Positions 27,877-38,265 are shown, counted from the first letter of the stretch. The stretch: 64,000 nucleotides of DNA from Polyangiales bacterium (GCA_038230375.1 JBBRNJ010000050.1:1-64000), one strand, 5' to 3'. Numbers and translations: made by a program. Notes: a model not told the origin generated them from the sequence alone.

Positions 27877-28809
27877 TCACCACACGTACGATTTGTCCCA
27901 CTTCATGGGGGCGAAATAGCGATCTCCACGATCGCACACGATGCACACGATGCACCCTGGCTTGCCCTCCGCCGCTAGACGCTCCGCGACCTTGATGGAC
28001 GCGAAGATGTTCGCACCGGACGAGTGCCCGACATGCAGCCCGCGGAGCGCGAGCGCGTCCGCCATGTCCCAGCCATCCTCCGTCCGGATGAACATGGTCT
28101 CGTCCGGGACCTTGGGGTCGTAGATCTGCGGCACCAGGCTGGACTCCATGTGCTTCAGGCCCTCGAGCCCATGCATGGACGAGTCGGGCTGCACCGCGAC
28201 GCACGTGATCTTGCGCGTGTGCTCGTGCAGGCGCCGCGCCGTCCCCATCATGGTGCCGCTGGTGCCCACGCCGGCCACGAAATGCGTGAGCACGTCGCCC
28301 ACGTCGCGGAGGATCTCCACCGCCGTCCCCTCGTAGTGCGCCTTGGGGTTGGATGGGTTCGCGTACTGGTCCGGGTAGAAATACTTGTCCTTGTTCGCAA
28401 GGACGATCCGTCTGACGTCCCGGATGGCGCCGTCGGAGCCTTCGAGCGGATCGGAGAAGATGATCTTCGTACCGAAGGCCTTTGCGATGTCCTTCCGTGC
28501 GCGCGACACGTTCTCCGGCATCACGAGCTCCACGGGGATGCCGAGCGCGGCGCCGAACATGGAGTACGCGACGCCGGTATTTCCGCTCGTGGAGTCGATG
28601 AGGGTCTTGCCGCGGCCAAGGCGACCATCGGCGAGCGCGTCGAGGATCATGCAGCGCGCCGCGCGGTCCTTCACGCTGCCGCCGGGGTTCGCGGACTCGA
28701 GCTTGGCGTACACCGTGACGTCGGGCGCGCTGGGCACGGGGATGCGGACCATGGGCGTATTGCCCACGGCATCCAGGACCGATTCGATGCGGCGCGCGCG
28801 CGACTTCAA
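27877..28809 (-). CDS. cysM: PLP-dependent cysteine synthase, CysM-like
   Basis: GNTP, NPGGSVKDR, DSTSGNTG, GVGTSGT, CDRGDRY. Confidence 0.85.
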   Translation of the reverse strand: MKSRARRIESVLDAVGNTPMVRIPVPSAPDVTVYAKLESANPGGSVKDRAARCMILDALADGRLGRGKTLIDSTSGNTGVAYSMFGAALGIPVELVMPENVSRARKDIAKAFGTKIIFSDPLEGSDGAIRDVRRIVLANKDKYFYPDQYANPSNPKAHYEGTAVEILRDVGDVLTHFVAGVGTSGTMMGTARRLHEHTRKITCVAVQPDSSMHGLEGLKHMESSLVPQIYDPKVPDETMFIRTEDGWDMADALALRGLHVGHSSGANIFASIKVAERLAAEGKPGCIVCIVCDRGDRYFAPMKWDKSYVW

Positions 28810-28819
28810 GGCGTCGCTC

Positions 28820-29092
28820 TCACCCGCCCGCGATGGCGGGAACGATGCTGATCTCGTCGCCTGCCTTGAGCGGCGTGCCCAGGCCCTCGAGGAAGCGCAC
28901 GTCCTCTTCGCCGACGTACAGGTTCACGAAGCGGCGGACGCCCTTCTCGTCCACCAGCCGGTCCTTGATGCCAGGGTGGTTCTTCTCGAGATCCTCGATG
29001 AGCGCGCCGACGGTGTCGCCTGCTGCGGTGACCTCGTCCTTGCCGCCGGTGAGGGTGCGGAGCGATGCGGGGATTCGAACCTTCGTTGCCAT
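28820..29092 (-). CDS. MoaD/ThiS-family sulfur carrier (CysO-like)
   Basis: Beta-grasp signature RRFVNLYV..EDVRFL, C-terminal PAIAGG; GGAAAGGA RBS before MATK. Confidence 0.93.
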   Translation of the reverse strand: MATKVRIPASLRTLTGGKDEVTAAGDTVGALIEDLEKNHPGIKDRLVDEKGVRRFVNLYVGEEDVRFLEGLGTPLKAGDEISIVPAIAGG

Positions 29093-29110
29093 GACTGCTG
29101 TCCTTTCCAT

Positions 29111-30061
29111 CTATGGATCCTCGGGGAAGTAGTCCGCGAGGCTGAAATACCGCTCTCCCGTGTCGCAGAGGACGGTGACCACGTTCTTGCCGGGGCCGAG
29201 CTCCTTCGCCACCTGGAGCGCAACGAACACGTTCGCGCCCGCGCTGATGCCGCAGAGGAGCCCTTCGCGCCGCGCGAGATCTTGCTTCGTGCGCCAGGCG
29301 TCGCGATCGCCGACCGTGCGGATCTCGTGCACGACGGAGGCGTCGTAGTTCTTCGGGACGAAGCCCGCGGCCAGGCCCTGGATCTTCGTGGGGCCGCGCT
29401 CACCGCGAGAGATGGTCGCGCACGCGTCCGGCTCCACGCCGATGATCTTCGTCGCGCGACGCGCACGGAGCACGCGGCCCACGCCACTGACGGTGCCGCC
29501 GGTGCCCACGCCCACGACCAGCGCGTCGATGGAGTCGTCCCCCATGGCCGCGATGATCTCCTCCGCGGTGGTGCGCGCGTGCGCGTGCGGGTTCTCCTGG
29601 TTGTCGAACTGGCCGGGCAGGAAGGAGCCCGGTGTGCTGGCGGCGAGCTCCTTCGCGCGATCGATCGCGCCCTGCATCTGGTCCTCCGCCTTGGTGAGTA
29701 CGACCTTCGCGCCCAGCGCGGTGAGCAGCTGTCGGCGTTCCAGGCTCATGCTCTCCGGCATGGTGAGCACGCACTTGTAGCCCTTGGCGCCGCAGACGAG
29801 CGCAAGTCCGATGCCCGTGTTGCCGCTCGTGGGCTCGATGACGGTGCCGCCAGGCAAGAGCCGTCCGTCCTTCTCCGCGGTCTCGATCATCGAGAGGCAG
29901 ATGCGATCCTTCACGGAGCCGCCAGGGTTCAGGTTCTCCATCTTCGCGTAGATGTTCGCCCGCCACGTGGGCTCGCCCAGCGTGCGTACGCGGATGAGCG
30001 GAGTCTGCCCGATGAGCGCGAGGACGTCCTCGTGGAGGCGCGGCGAGAAGTCGGCCGTCAT
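29111..30061 (-). CDS. cysK: Cysteine synthase A
   Basis: NPGGSVKDR, EPTSGNTGIGLA, MPESMSLER, GVGTGGT, KIQGL, DTGERYFS. Confidence 0.92.
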   Translation of the reverse strand: MTADFSPRLHEDVLALIGQTPLIRVRTLGEPTWRANIYAKMENLNPGGSVKDRICLSMIETAEKDGRLLPGGTVIEPTSGNTGIGLALVCGAKGYKCVLTMPESMSLERRQLLTALGAKVVLTKAEDQMQGAIDRAKELAASTPGSFLPGQFDNQENPHAHARTTAEEIIAAMGDDSIDALVVGVGTGGTVSGVGRVLRARRATKIIGVEPDACATISRGERGPTKIQGLAAGFVPKNYDASVVHEIRTVGDRDAWRTKQDLARREGLLCGISAGANVFVALQVAKELGPGKNVVTVLCDTGERYFSLADYFPEDP

Positions 30062-30513
30062 ATGGCGTACCTCACGGTCTCACGACCACCCACGCCAATG
30101 CCAGCGTCGCGCCCGCGCTGCGAGAGCTCCTCGAGCGTGAGCTCGTCGAAGCACTGCTCCACCCGAACGCCGACGTCCTGGAGCGCACGATCGGCCACGC
30201 GTTCGAGCTCCGACCTGCGCGCGCTCTCCTTTCCATCTTTCGCGATCTCGACCGGCCCGCACGCGGCGCGCAGCACGTCACCCACGCGGATCTCGATCGC
30301 TGGCCGCGACAGCACGAAGCCGCCGCCCGGTCCGCGCTTGCCCTGGACCAGCCCCGCGCGCTTCAGATCCTGGAAGATCTGCTCCAGAAAGCGCAAAGGA
30401 ATGCGCTGACGTTGTGCGATCTCACGCGTCTGCGCCGGCTTGTCGTCCCCGAACAGGACCACGTCAAGCAGAGCTATCAACGCGTAACGTCCTCGGTTTG
30501 GGAGCCTGAGCAC
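30058..30513 (-). CDS. Rrf2-family transcriptional regulator (CymR-like)
   Basis: GRYAL, EIAQRQ.IP.RFLEQIF..LKRAGLV..KRGPGGGF; lacks the three-Cys Fe-S ligand set; ends YAI. Confidence 0.92.
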   Translation of the reverse strand: MLRLPNRGRYALIALLDVVLFGDDKPAQTREIAQRQRIPLRFLEQIFQDLKRAGLVQGKRGPGGGFVLSRPAIEIRVGDVLRAACGPVEIAKDGKESARRSELERVADRALQDVGVRVEQCFDELTLEELSQRGRDAGIGVGGRETVRYAI

Positions 30514-30519
30514 CCGGAG

Positions 30520-30551
30520 AGCTTAATTCCTGCATCGGAAATATCAAGATT
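30520..30551 (-). promoter_or_regulatory. Putative sigma70-type promoter and overlapping Rrf2 operator
   Basis: Minus strand TTGATA-N16-TAAGCT, 6 nt before the GTG start. Imperfect palindrome ATTCCTG...CAAGATT spans it. Confidence 0.55.
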
Positions 30552-30614
30552 CTTTTTCTCGGTCCTCCGTCCTTCCATCCTTCCCATGAATTCCGACGGC
30601 TATGCTGCGTATCC

Positions 30615-31619
30615 ATGGGTCACGTGTCCGACGAAGCGCGTGCTCTCCACGCCGAGCACCCCGCGATCGACCTCCACGCCGACTCGCTGATGTGGACGCG
30701 CTGGCTCGGGTACGATCTCCTGAAGCGCCACAACGCGCCCTTCCCGCGGGCGGCGTTCGGCGGTCACGTCGACGTGCCTCGCATGCGCGAGGGCGGCATG
30801 GGCGCGCAGTTCTTCGGGCTGGTGTCGCTGCCGTTCCTGTCGAAGCGCGCGCGTGGACTTGCGCGTGCCGTGGACGAGCAGATCGATGCGATGGAGGAGA
30901 CCATCGCGCGCCGCCCTTCGGAGATCGCGCTGTGCAAGACCGCGGCGGACGTCATCGCGGCAGAGAAGCGGGGCGCGGTCGCTGCGTTGCTCGGCATCGA
31001 GGGGGCGCACGCGCTCGAGGGCGACATCGGAAAGCTCACGGGCTTCGCGCATCGCGGTGTTCGCTACCTGGGCCTGCTGCACTTTTCCTCGAACGAAACC
31101 GGCTTCCCAGCCTATGGTCGCGGGCGCCAGGACGACCAGGGCCTCACTGCGTTCGGTCACTCTGTCGTCGAGAAGTGCGAGGAGCTCGGGGTGCTCGTGG
31201 ACCTCGCGCACGTCAACAAGCGCGGCTACCTGGATGCGTGCGCGATCGCGAAGAAGCCGCCCATCGTCAGCCACACGGGCGTGCTCGGCGCATTCGAGCA
31301 CTGGCGCAACATCGACGACGAGCAGCTGCGCGCGATCGCGGACAAGGGCGGCTGTGTGGGCGTGATCTTCTGCCCGCGCTACCTCGGCGGCGATGGGCTC
31401 GAGCCCGTGGTGCGGCACATGAAGCACATCATCTCGGTGGTGGGCGAGGACGCCGTCGCGCTCGGCAGCGACTGGGACGGCTTCATCGTACCGACGAACG
31501 CGCTGCCTGATCCGAGCCACTTGCCCGAGCTCACCACGGCCATGCTCGATGGCGGAATCGCGCCCTCGGCCGTCGGAAAAGCGCTCAGAGACAACGTGAT
31601 GCGCGTGCTCGGGTCGTAG
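30615..31619 (+). CDS. Membrane dipeptidase (M19) family
   Basis: IDLHAD, LGIEGAH, VDLAH, SHTG, RNIDDEQL, GSDWDG. Confidence 0.93.
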   Translation: MGHVSDEARALHAEHPAIDLHADSLMWTRWLGYDLLKRHNAPFPRAAFGGHVDVPRMREGGMGAQFFGLVSLPFLSKRARGLARAVDEQIDAMEETIARRPSEIALCKTAADVIAAEKRGAVAALLGIEGAHALEGDIGKLTGFAHRGVRYLGLLHFSSNETGFPAYGRGRQDDQGLTAFGHSVVEKCEELGVLVDLAHVNKRGYLDACAIAKKPPIVSHTGVLGAFEHWRNIDDEQLRAIADKGGCVGVIFCPRYLGGDGLEPVVRHMKHIISVVGEDAVALGSDWDGFIVPTNALPDPSHLPELTTAMLDGGIAPSAVGKALRDNVMRVLGS

Positions 31620-31735
31620 CTGCGCGAAACGGTGGGGCCGCGACGCCCACTGTGGCTGGCGCGCCCCATCTAACGGCAAGGCGCGCGCGAATCGGGTGGC
31701 CCTCCGTGGCGAAATTGCTACCGTGGAGTCGCCTC

Positions 31736-32233
31736 ATGACCGTGGTCACCTCGCAGATGGATGCTCCCGCGAAGCCGAAGCTCGCGCCCGACCTCGAGAT
31801 CGGTGGCGCGGTCTATCGCGCGCTCTTCGCGAAGCGCACGAGCGTGGCATCCGCGATCGCGCTCGGCCTCTCGCTCGTCCTGCCGAAGGGCGGCGACCTT
31901 GGCTTCTCGCTCTGCTGGTTCAAGCGCTGGACGGACATGCCGTGTCCGGGCTGCGGACTCACGCGCTGCTTCGTGTGCATCACGCATGGGCACTGGCACG
32001 AGGCGCTGCGGATGCACCAGATGGGTCCGCTCGTGTTCCTGATCGCGCTCGCCAGCGCGTCCACGCTCGTCATCGGAGAAAAGCGCCGCATCAAGCTCGC
32101 GACGTTCTTTTCTTTGCATCAGCGCGCAGCGGGCTTCGTCTACTGGGGGTTTATCAGCTCGTTCATCGCGTTCGGTCTGATCCGCCTGCTTGTCATCTGG
32201 TTGTACCCGGGGTCAGTGTTCGCAAACGTCTAA
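31736..32233 (+). CDS. DUF2752-like membrane protein
   Basis: C.F...T..PCPGCGLTR motif with flanking TM helices. Confidence 0.85.
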   Translation: MTVVTSQMDAPAKPKLAPDLEIGGAVYRALFAKRTSVASAIALGLSLVLPKGGDLGFSLCWFKRWTDMPCPGCGLTRCFVCITHGHWHEALRMHQMGPLVFLIALASASTLVIGEKRRIKLATFFSLHQRAAGFVYWGFISSFIAFGLIRLLVIWLYPGSVFANV

Positions 32234-32254
32234 GAGAGAATAAGGGGTTACGTC

Positions 32255-32530
32255 ATGGAGATGGCATTCATGGGTCTGGGCAGCATTTTCTGCCTCGTCT
32301 CGCTCGTGTGCAACATCGTGGTCCTCATCCACGCGTTCAAGGCAAGCACCGGTCAGGGGTTCATGTGCCTCTGTATCCCCTGCTATTCGCTCTATTACAT
32401 GTTCACGAAGTTCGAGCACCCGAAGAAGGCGCTCGTGATCGGTGGCTCCCTCGGCGGGAGCATCATCGGCAACGTGTTCATGCGCCTCGGGCAGCCTTCG
32501 GGCGGCGGCAAGAGCTTCAACAACATGTGA
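32255..32530 (+). CDS. Small hypothetical membrane protein
   Basis: Three hydrophobic segments, HAFK...G..CLCIPCY.LYY. Confidence 0.75.
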   Translation: MEMAFMGLGSIFCLVSLVCNIVVLIHAFKASTGQGFMCLCIPCYSLYYMFTKFEHPKKALVIGGSLGGSIIGNVFMRLGQPSGGGKSFNNM

Positions 32531-32569
32531 TTCAAGTCGAGCTCAGGCCGCCTCGCCACACGGGTTCAC

Positions 32570-33268
32570 TCACGTGACCTCGACCGACTCAACGTCGAGG
32601 CCCTGTTCTCGCAAGCGCGCGTCGATGCGTCTCCTCCACTCTGCGGGATCTGCCCCGCTGGGGGCTGACACTTCGACGCGCACTTTTCCATCATCGGCAT
32701 GAACGACCACCGTCGCGCCGGAGAGCTTTCCCGCGCCGAGCTCCATCCTCACGGAGCCACGTTGCCCGTTGCCACCCCACGCGATCTTGCGCACCAGTGC
32801 CGGGAGCAGCTCCTCCAGCGTGGCGTGCGTGCGCGGCTCCGTGCTCGTTGGAGCGACCGCTGCGTTCGTCGGGTTCGTATGGAGGACCTGCATCCCGCAA
32901 GGCATCGCGTTGACGAACGGTGGCGGTCCCAGATCGAGGGACCGACGGACATCTGGGTCGAGGGCATCGGCCCGACGCATGGTCTCGTCGTCTGTCGCCA
33001 TCGGATCGTCGTTGGGGTCGGCCTGGTGGCTGGCAGGCTTCTTCGGCTCCACGGTGGCTTGCTTACCGGCCGCAGGGCCGTGGCCACCGTCGGACGGGGG
33101 ACGGGACGAGAAATCGTTCAGGGGATCGCCGGCCCCCCGTGTCATTTTTGAACGCCCCCCGAGCTCCGCAAGAAAACCTCCTGGATGAGGTGCACTGTGC
33201 GCTCTAAGCCCTGGACTCTTCATGGCTTGAGGAGGAGGAGGGGGCGGAGCGCGCGGAGGAACGTTCAT
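32570..33268 (-). CDS. Pro-rich protein with FliK/SctP-like C-terminal domain
   Basis: Disordered N-terminus, then VRMELG.G.L....VVV....GKVRVEV.A........I..RL..QGL.V.SVEV. Confidence 0.6.
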   Translation of the reverse strand: MNVPPRAPPPPPPQAMKSPGLRAHSAPHPGGFLAELGGRSKMTRGAGDPLNDFSSRPPSDGGHGPAAGKQATVEPKKPASHQADPNDDPMATDDETMRRADALDPDVRRSLDLGPPPFVNAMPCGMQVLHTNPTNAAVAPTSTEPRTHATLEELLPALVRKIAWGGNGQRGSVRMELGAGKLSGATVVVHADDGKVRVEVSAPSGADPAEWRRRIDARLREQGLDVESVEVT

Positions 33269-33402
33269 GCCAACCCCATCGGCCGTTCGGGCATGGGGTT
33301 GCGTAGAACGATACGATCCGGTGCGAAATCCGCGAAGAATTGCTAGTCTGACTGAGCGTGCGCCGGGGGGAACCGTCGCTGCCACGCAAGGAGCCCGCGG
33401 TT

Positions 33403-34689
33403 TTGGAGAGTGCACCCATCGGTTCGATAGCGTTCGCCCTGGGGGCGGCGGCGCTCGGATCGCTGTTCGCGGCCGCAGATGCAGCCCTGACGAGCCTCCC
33501 CGAAGCGCGCTTGCAGGCTCGGGCGGCCGAGCCCAACAGCGTATTCAAGCGGTATCAGGATCACCGCGTCCGCATCCTCTCGCGCTGGCTTGTCGCCCGC
33601 GTGTCCACGATCAGCCTCGCTGCGGCGGTGCTGAGCTCGGCGGCGGAGACCTATTTCGGGCCGCGGACCGGGCCGTTCGTCGCCCTCATCGGCGCGGTGC
33701 TCACCTATGGGACGCTCGCCGAGGTCATGGGAACGGTCGCCCGACGACGCCCCGAGTGGGTCGGGCAGATGGGCCTCCGCTTCCTGTTCCCGCTCGAGTG
33801 GGCGGTCATCCCGCTCGCCGCTCCGCTCGCCGCGCTCGGTCAGTTCGTCGCTCGTCGCTTCCCGGAGCGGCGCCCCACGGACGCGCGCATCACCGAGACC
33901 GAGGTCGAGTGGGCCGTGTCCGAGGGCGAGAAGACCGGTGCGCTGGACGAGGAGCCCGCGGAGATGATCCGCAACGTGCTCGATTTCAAGCACCTCACCG
34001 CGAAGGAGGTCATGATCCCAAGGCGCAAGGTGTCGGCGATCGAGATCAACACCCCGCTGGAGGCGGTCATCGAGTTCGTCGCGTCGGAGAAGCACTCGCG
34101 CTACCCGATCTACCGCGAGACGCCGGACAACATCGTCGGCCTGCTCTACGCGAAGGATCTGTTCGACCTGGTGAAGAACGGCTCCATCGGTAAGAAGAAC
34201 GCCGAAGAGATCATGCGCAAGCCGGTGCTCTTCGTGACGGAGCCGCAGTCCGTTGTCAGCGTGCTGCGGGAGATGCGCACGCGCCGGCTCCACATCGCCG
34301 TCGTGTCGGACGACACGGGCGGTACTGCTGGCATCGTCACCCTCGAGGACATCATCGAGGAGATCGTCGGCGAGATCAAAGACGAGCACGACACGGACGC
34401 GGACGCGGCGATCCAGAAGCTCGCGGACGGTCGCTTCGTGGCGGACGCATCGATCGCGATCGGTGATCTCGAGCCGCACCTCGGACGCTCGCTCCAGACG
34501 GACGGCGAGTTCGAGTCGCTGGGCGGGCTCATCGTCCAGCGCGCGGGGCACGTGCCCAAGCAGGGCGAGCAGGTGCAGGTGTCGGGCTTCCGCTTCATCG
34601 TGCGCGAAGCAGACGAGCGCCGGGTCGTGAAGGTCGAGATCGTCCGCGCAGAGCCCGAGCTGCAGCCGCCCGCAGAAGTCCGCGCGTGA
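33403..34689 (+). CDS. HlyC/CorC (CNNM) family transporter with CBS domains
   Basis: TM region, EVMIPR, HSRYPIY, GIVTLEDIIEEIVGEI.DEHD, CorC C-domain. Alternative start at 33358. Confidence 0.93.
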   Translation: MESAPIGSIAFALGAAALGSLFAAADAALTSLPEARLQARAAEPNSVFKRYQDHRVRILSRWLVARVSTISLAAAVLSSAAETYFGPRTGPFVALIGAVLTYGTLAEVMGTVARRRPEWVGQMGLRFLFPLEWAVIPLAAPLAALGQFVARRFPERRPTDARITETEVEWAVSEGEKTGALDEEPAEMIRNVLDFKHLTAKEVMIPRRKVSAIEINTPLEAVIEFVASEKHSRYPIYRETPDNIVGLLYAKDLFDLVKNGSIGKKNAEEIMRKPVLFVTEPQSVVSVLREMRTRRLHIAVVSDDTGGTAGIVTLEDIIEEIVGEIKDEHDTDADAAIQKLADGRFVADASIAIGDLEPHLGRSLQTDGEFESLGGLIVQRAGHVPKQGEQVQVSGFRFIVREADERRVVKVEIVRAEPELQPPAEVRA

Positions 34690-35078
34690 GCGCTGCGCTG
34701 CCGCGAGAGTCCACCAGGCTGCCAGTCGAACTGACCGCGCTACCGCCCGCCGGTGACGCGGTGAAGAGCGCGCGGCTGCCGAAAGGCGTCGCACTGAAGG
34801 ACAGTGCACGCGACGCGCTCTTCGTCCTGTCGCCCGAGGCCACGTCGCTTCTGCAGGCGACCCGCGAGCTGCCATCCGCGGAGGATGCCGCGTCGTTCGC
34901 GCGCGTCTTCATCCACCCCGAGGCAGCCCGTGAAAACGGCATGCTCGCGAAGCTCCTTCCACGCAAGGCGGTCCCGCTCGCCATCCGCGCGAGCGCGCTG
35001 CTTGCGCGAGGCTACAAGGACATCGAGGCCGCGGAGATCGACGGCCTCGCGTGGATCTCGGGAGCTCCTGGACCCTGA
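34686..35078 (+). CDS. Hypothetical protein
   Basis: GTGA overlap with the upstream gene; plausible codon usage. Confidence 0.65.
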   Translation: MSAALPRESTRLPVELTALPPAGDAVKSARLPKGVALKDSARDALFVLSPEATSLLQATRELPSAEDAASFARVFIHPEAARENGMLAKLLPRKAVPLAIRASALLARGYKDIEAAEIDGLAWISGAPGP

Positions 35079-35102
35079 GCCGAACCAGAGCGCTAGGTCG
35101 GG

Positions 35103-36383
35103 CTAGTTCCCGACCTTGTTGAGCAGCTGGACCAGGCGGTCAGCGCGGTCCATGAGGCCCGGCTTCTTGTCCTCGACCATGCCGTTCGGATCCGCCGGGG
35201 CCGGAGCGCCGCCGCCTTCACCACGGATGTCGTCGATGATGTGCTTGATCTGACCTGCGAGCTGCAGGGTCTGGCTCGCCGTCTCGCTCGGGCAGACCGC
35301 GTCAAAGGTCTTGGGCGCGACGTAGATGGCGCCGGCCTTCGAGAGATCACCCGTCGTGTACTTCCCCACCTTCGACGGCTGCTTCGTCTGCGGGTCGATG
35401 AACGTGAACTCGGTGGGGAGGCTGATGTTGCCGGGGGTGATCGCGATCGGATCCTTCAGGGCCGCGATCATCGCATAGTAGTTCCCGGACTCGTCGCGGC
35501 GGCCGAGCAGGATGACCTGCTGGAGCGTGGGCGTGCCGGCAGACTTGAACTGCTCGGTGATGGGCTTCTGGAGCCGCGTGAGCAGGCTGATGACGGCAGA
35601 CTTGCGATCGTTCAGCGACTGCACGGAGGTGATGTACTCGACGAGGCCGTTCGTCGCCTCGCCGGAGAAGCCGCTGAACCTTCGGTACTGCAGCTTGTCG
35701 CCGCCGAAGTCGATGTTCATTCCGCCAAGGTCCTTGGCGAGCGTGTCGGGGAACTTCTTGTCCTTGGTGAGGGAGTTGCGCCCGGCCTCGAGCTTGTCGG
35801 CCAGCTCCTTCAGCTTGTCCTTGGAGGATGAGACGTCCTTCGACAATTCCTGTGCATCCTGCACGGACTTCTTGCGGCCAGAGCTGGACTCCGCCGCGCC
35901 GCCGCCAAGGTAGCCGACCACGCCGAAGACGACGCCAACGACGATGCCGGCGACCACGCCCTTCTTGAAGCCACTCTTCGCGGCTTGATGGACGCCGGCC
36001 TCGTCGACCTCGATGCGGGTCGGCTGCGCGATGGGCGCGGGGGCCGGCGCGGGGGCGCGGTAGGGCCTCGCAGCGGCAGCGAGCGGGTTGTTCGCGTCGA
36101 GGCCGGGCGGCGGCCGCGACGGCCCCTTGAAGGTCGGCGGACCGATGGGCACGCCCACTTGCGGCATCTGCATGGGCGCGGGTGTCGGCATGGGAGCCGG
36201 ACGCTGCGACGGCGAGGCCTGGGGCTGCATGCCGGGGTTCGTGCCGGGATGCATACCGGGGGCGGCTCCGGGCGCAGGCTGAGCCTGGGGAACCATGCCT
36301 GCGCCGGGCGGCGGCGTCTGACCCATCGTGTTCTTGCCAAGACGAGCCTTGAGGTCGATCTTCGGCTTCTTCTCTTCTGCCAT
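35103..36383 (-). CDS. Hypothetical bitopic membrane protein with Pro-rich N-terminus
   Basis: [22 protein letters not shown]-rich linker, single TM, coiled-coil-like C-terminal domain. Confidence 0.85.
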   Translation of the reverse strand: MAEEKKPKIDLKARLGKNTMGQTPPPGAGMVPQAQPAPGAAPGMHPGTNPGMQPQASPSQRPAPMPTPAPMQMPQVGVPIGPPTFKGPSRPPPGLDANNPLAAAARPYRAPAPAPAPIAQPTRIEVDEAGVHQAAKSGFKKGVVAGIVVGVVFGVVGYLGGGAAESSSGRKKSVQDAQELSKDVSSSKDKLKELADKLEAGRNSLTKDKKFPDTLAKDLGGMNIDFGGDKLQYRRFSGFSGEATNGLVEYITSVQSLNDRKSAVISLLTRLQKPITEQFKSAGTPTLQQVILLGRRDESGNYYAMIAALKDPIAITPGNISLPTEFTFIDPQTKQPSKVGKYTTGDLSKAGAIYVAPKTFDAVCPSETASQTLQLAGQIKHIIDDIRGEGGGAPAPADPNGMVEDKKPGLMDRADRLVQLLNKVGN

Positions 36384-36625
36384 GGCTCTCCTACGCGGCT
36401 CCGGCAGGTGCTGCCGGCGGGCCTTGCACACGCTTTGTGCAACAAGCCTGCGGGCGCACGTTAGTTTTTTCCCGGGGGGCGTGTCAACGTAAGGACACGT
36501 CTATTGCATGGACGGTCCCCACGATCGCATCCTTGGGGCCTGGTTGGGACGAGCACTGGCCCGGAGATGGCCGAGAGACCTCATTCTTCGTGCCAAACGC
36601 CACGTGGTATGCTCGGGCCCCTCCC

Positions 36626-37213
36626 GTGGCAGACGTCCTCGTCATCGACAACTATGACTCGTTCACCTGGAACCTGGTGCAGTACCTGGGTGAGCTCGGA
36701 GCCACCGTCCGCGTGGAGCGGAACGACGCCCTCACGGTGGCCGACGTCGCCGCCCTCAGACCCTCGAAGATCCTTGTTTCTCCGGGTCCCTGCACACCGA
36801 ACGACGCCGGTATCTCGCTCGACGTGATCGCAAACCTGTCCGCCACGATCCCGATCCTGGGGGTGTGCCTTGGCCACCAGGCCATCGGCCAGGCGTTCGG
36901 CGGTCGGGTCGTACGGGCGGACCGCTTGATGCACGGCCGCACGTCGCCCATCGTCCACGACGGAACGGGTGTGTTCGCGGGGCTCCCCTGCCCGTTCGAG
37001 GCGACGCGCTACCACTCGCTCATCGTGGAGCGCGCCTCGCTGCCGAAGGACCTGGTCGTCACCGCATGGACGGCCGAGGGTGAGATCATGGGCCTCCGCC
37101 ATGTGTCGCGTCCCGTGCAGGGCGTGCAGTTCCACCCGGAGAGCTTTCTCACGACCCATGGCAAGGAGCTCGTCCGCAACTGGCTCGCGCAACCCGAGGC
37201 GAAGGCGGCGTGA
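36626..37213 (+). CDS. trpG: Anthranilate synthase component II (glutamine amidotransferase)
   Basis: [30 protein letters not shown]; upstream of trpD. Confidence 0.93.
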   Translation: MADVLVIDNYDSFTWNLVQYLGELGATVRVERNDALTVADVAALRPSKILVSPGPCTPNDAGISLDVIANLSATIPILGVCLGHQAIGQAFGGRVVRADRLMHGRTSPIVHDGTGVFAGLPCPFEATRYHSLIVERASLPKDLVVTAWTAEGEIMGLRHVSRPVQGVQFHPESFLTTHGKELVRNWLAQPEAKAA

Positions 37214-38265
37214 GCGACGCATCAAGGCCCGCTCCTGCGGCGCGGGACGTCTTTCCCGACCTGTTCGCGAAGGCCGTGGACCGCTCGCTCACGGCGACCG
37301 ATGTGGGCCGCGCGTTCGAGGAGATCCTGGCCGGTCGGTTCACCGCCGTGCAGGTGGGCGCGCTGGCTGCAGCTCTACGCATCGTCGGCGAGACGCCAGA
37401 GATGATCGTCGCGGCCGCGCGCGCGCTGCGGGGCTCCATGATCCCGGTCGAGCACGGTCTTGTCGCCGTGGCGGACACGTGCGGCACCGGCGGGGATGGC
37501 GCGAGCACGATCAACGTGTCGACAGCTGCCGCGTTCGTGCTTGCGTCGCTCGGAGTGCCGGTCGCGAAGCATGGCAACCGCTCCGTCTCCAGCCAGTGCG
37601 GCAGCGCCGACGTGATCGAGGCGCTCGGCGGGACGCTCGACCTCTCTCCGGCGCGGCAGGCAGAGATCTTGCGGAGCACCTCGTTCTGCTTCCTTTTCGC
37701 TCCGCATCATCATCCGGCGCTGAGGCATGCGGCCGTCGCGCGACGGGAGCTCGCCGTGCGCACCATCTTCAATGCACTCGGGCCGCTCGCGAACCCTGCG
37801 CGTGCGACGCACCAGCTGGTGGGCGTGTACTCCGACGAGCTGCGGCCCACCCTTGCGCGCGCCCTTTCCGAGCTCGGCGTCCAGCGAGCCTGGGTGGTCC
37901 GCAGCACCGACGGCCTGGACGAGGTGAGCCCCGAGAAGCCCACGCGCGTGAGCGTGCTCGAGGACGGCCGCATCGAGGAGCGCGAGATCTCACCCGCCAC
38001 GTTCGGAGCGAAGGAGACACCGGTCTCCCATGCCATCGGCGGCACCGCGGAGGAGAATGCGCGTGGCATCGTCGAGATCCTCCGCGGCGAACCGCATCCG
38101 GCGCGGGCCGCCGTCCATCTCAATGCAGCCGCTGCGCTTGTCGTGGCGCGACGCGTCTCGCCCGAAGAAGCATACGCTGAGGTCTCTCGCGCGCTCTCGA
38201 CCGGCGCTCCTTTCACCGTGCTCGAGCGCTGGCGACGCGCGCTCGTGGAGACCACGCCCACATGA
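37210..38265 (+). CDS. trpD: Anthranilate phosphoribosyltransferase
   Basis: [37 protein letters not shown]. Confidence 0.97.
   Translation: MSDASRPAPAARDVFPDLFAKAVDRSLTATDVGRAFEEILAGRFTAVQVGALAAALRIVGETPEMIVAAARALRGSMIPVEHGLVAVADTCGTGGDGASTINVSTAAAFVLASLGVPVAKHGNRSVSSQCGSADVIEALGGTLDLSPARQAEILRSTSFCFLFAPHHHPALRHAAVARRELAVRTIFNALGPLANPARATHQLVGVYSDELRPTLARALSELGVQRAWVVRSTDGLDEVSPEKPTRVSVLEDGRIEEREISPATFGAKETPVSHAIGGTAEENARGIVEILRGEPHPARAAVHLNAAAALVVARRVSPEEAYAEVSRALSTGAPFTVLERWRRALVETTPT

Noticed and set aside
27329..29092. JAB + ubiquitin-like pair as an anti-phage (CBASS/Bil-type) conjugation system
   Set aside because: No E1/E2 or cyclase. The flanking cysteine synthases and Rrf2 explain it as sulfur-carrier metabolism.
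28385..30409. Long antisense ORFs (for example 674 aa here; also 25130-27187, 51616-53403, 2492-3700, 33343-34875)
   Set aside because: They lie opposite well-supported genes, have R/A/P-rich or shadow composition, and are expected from stop-codon scarcity at high GC.
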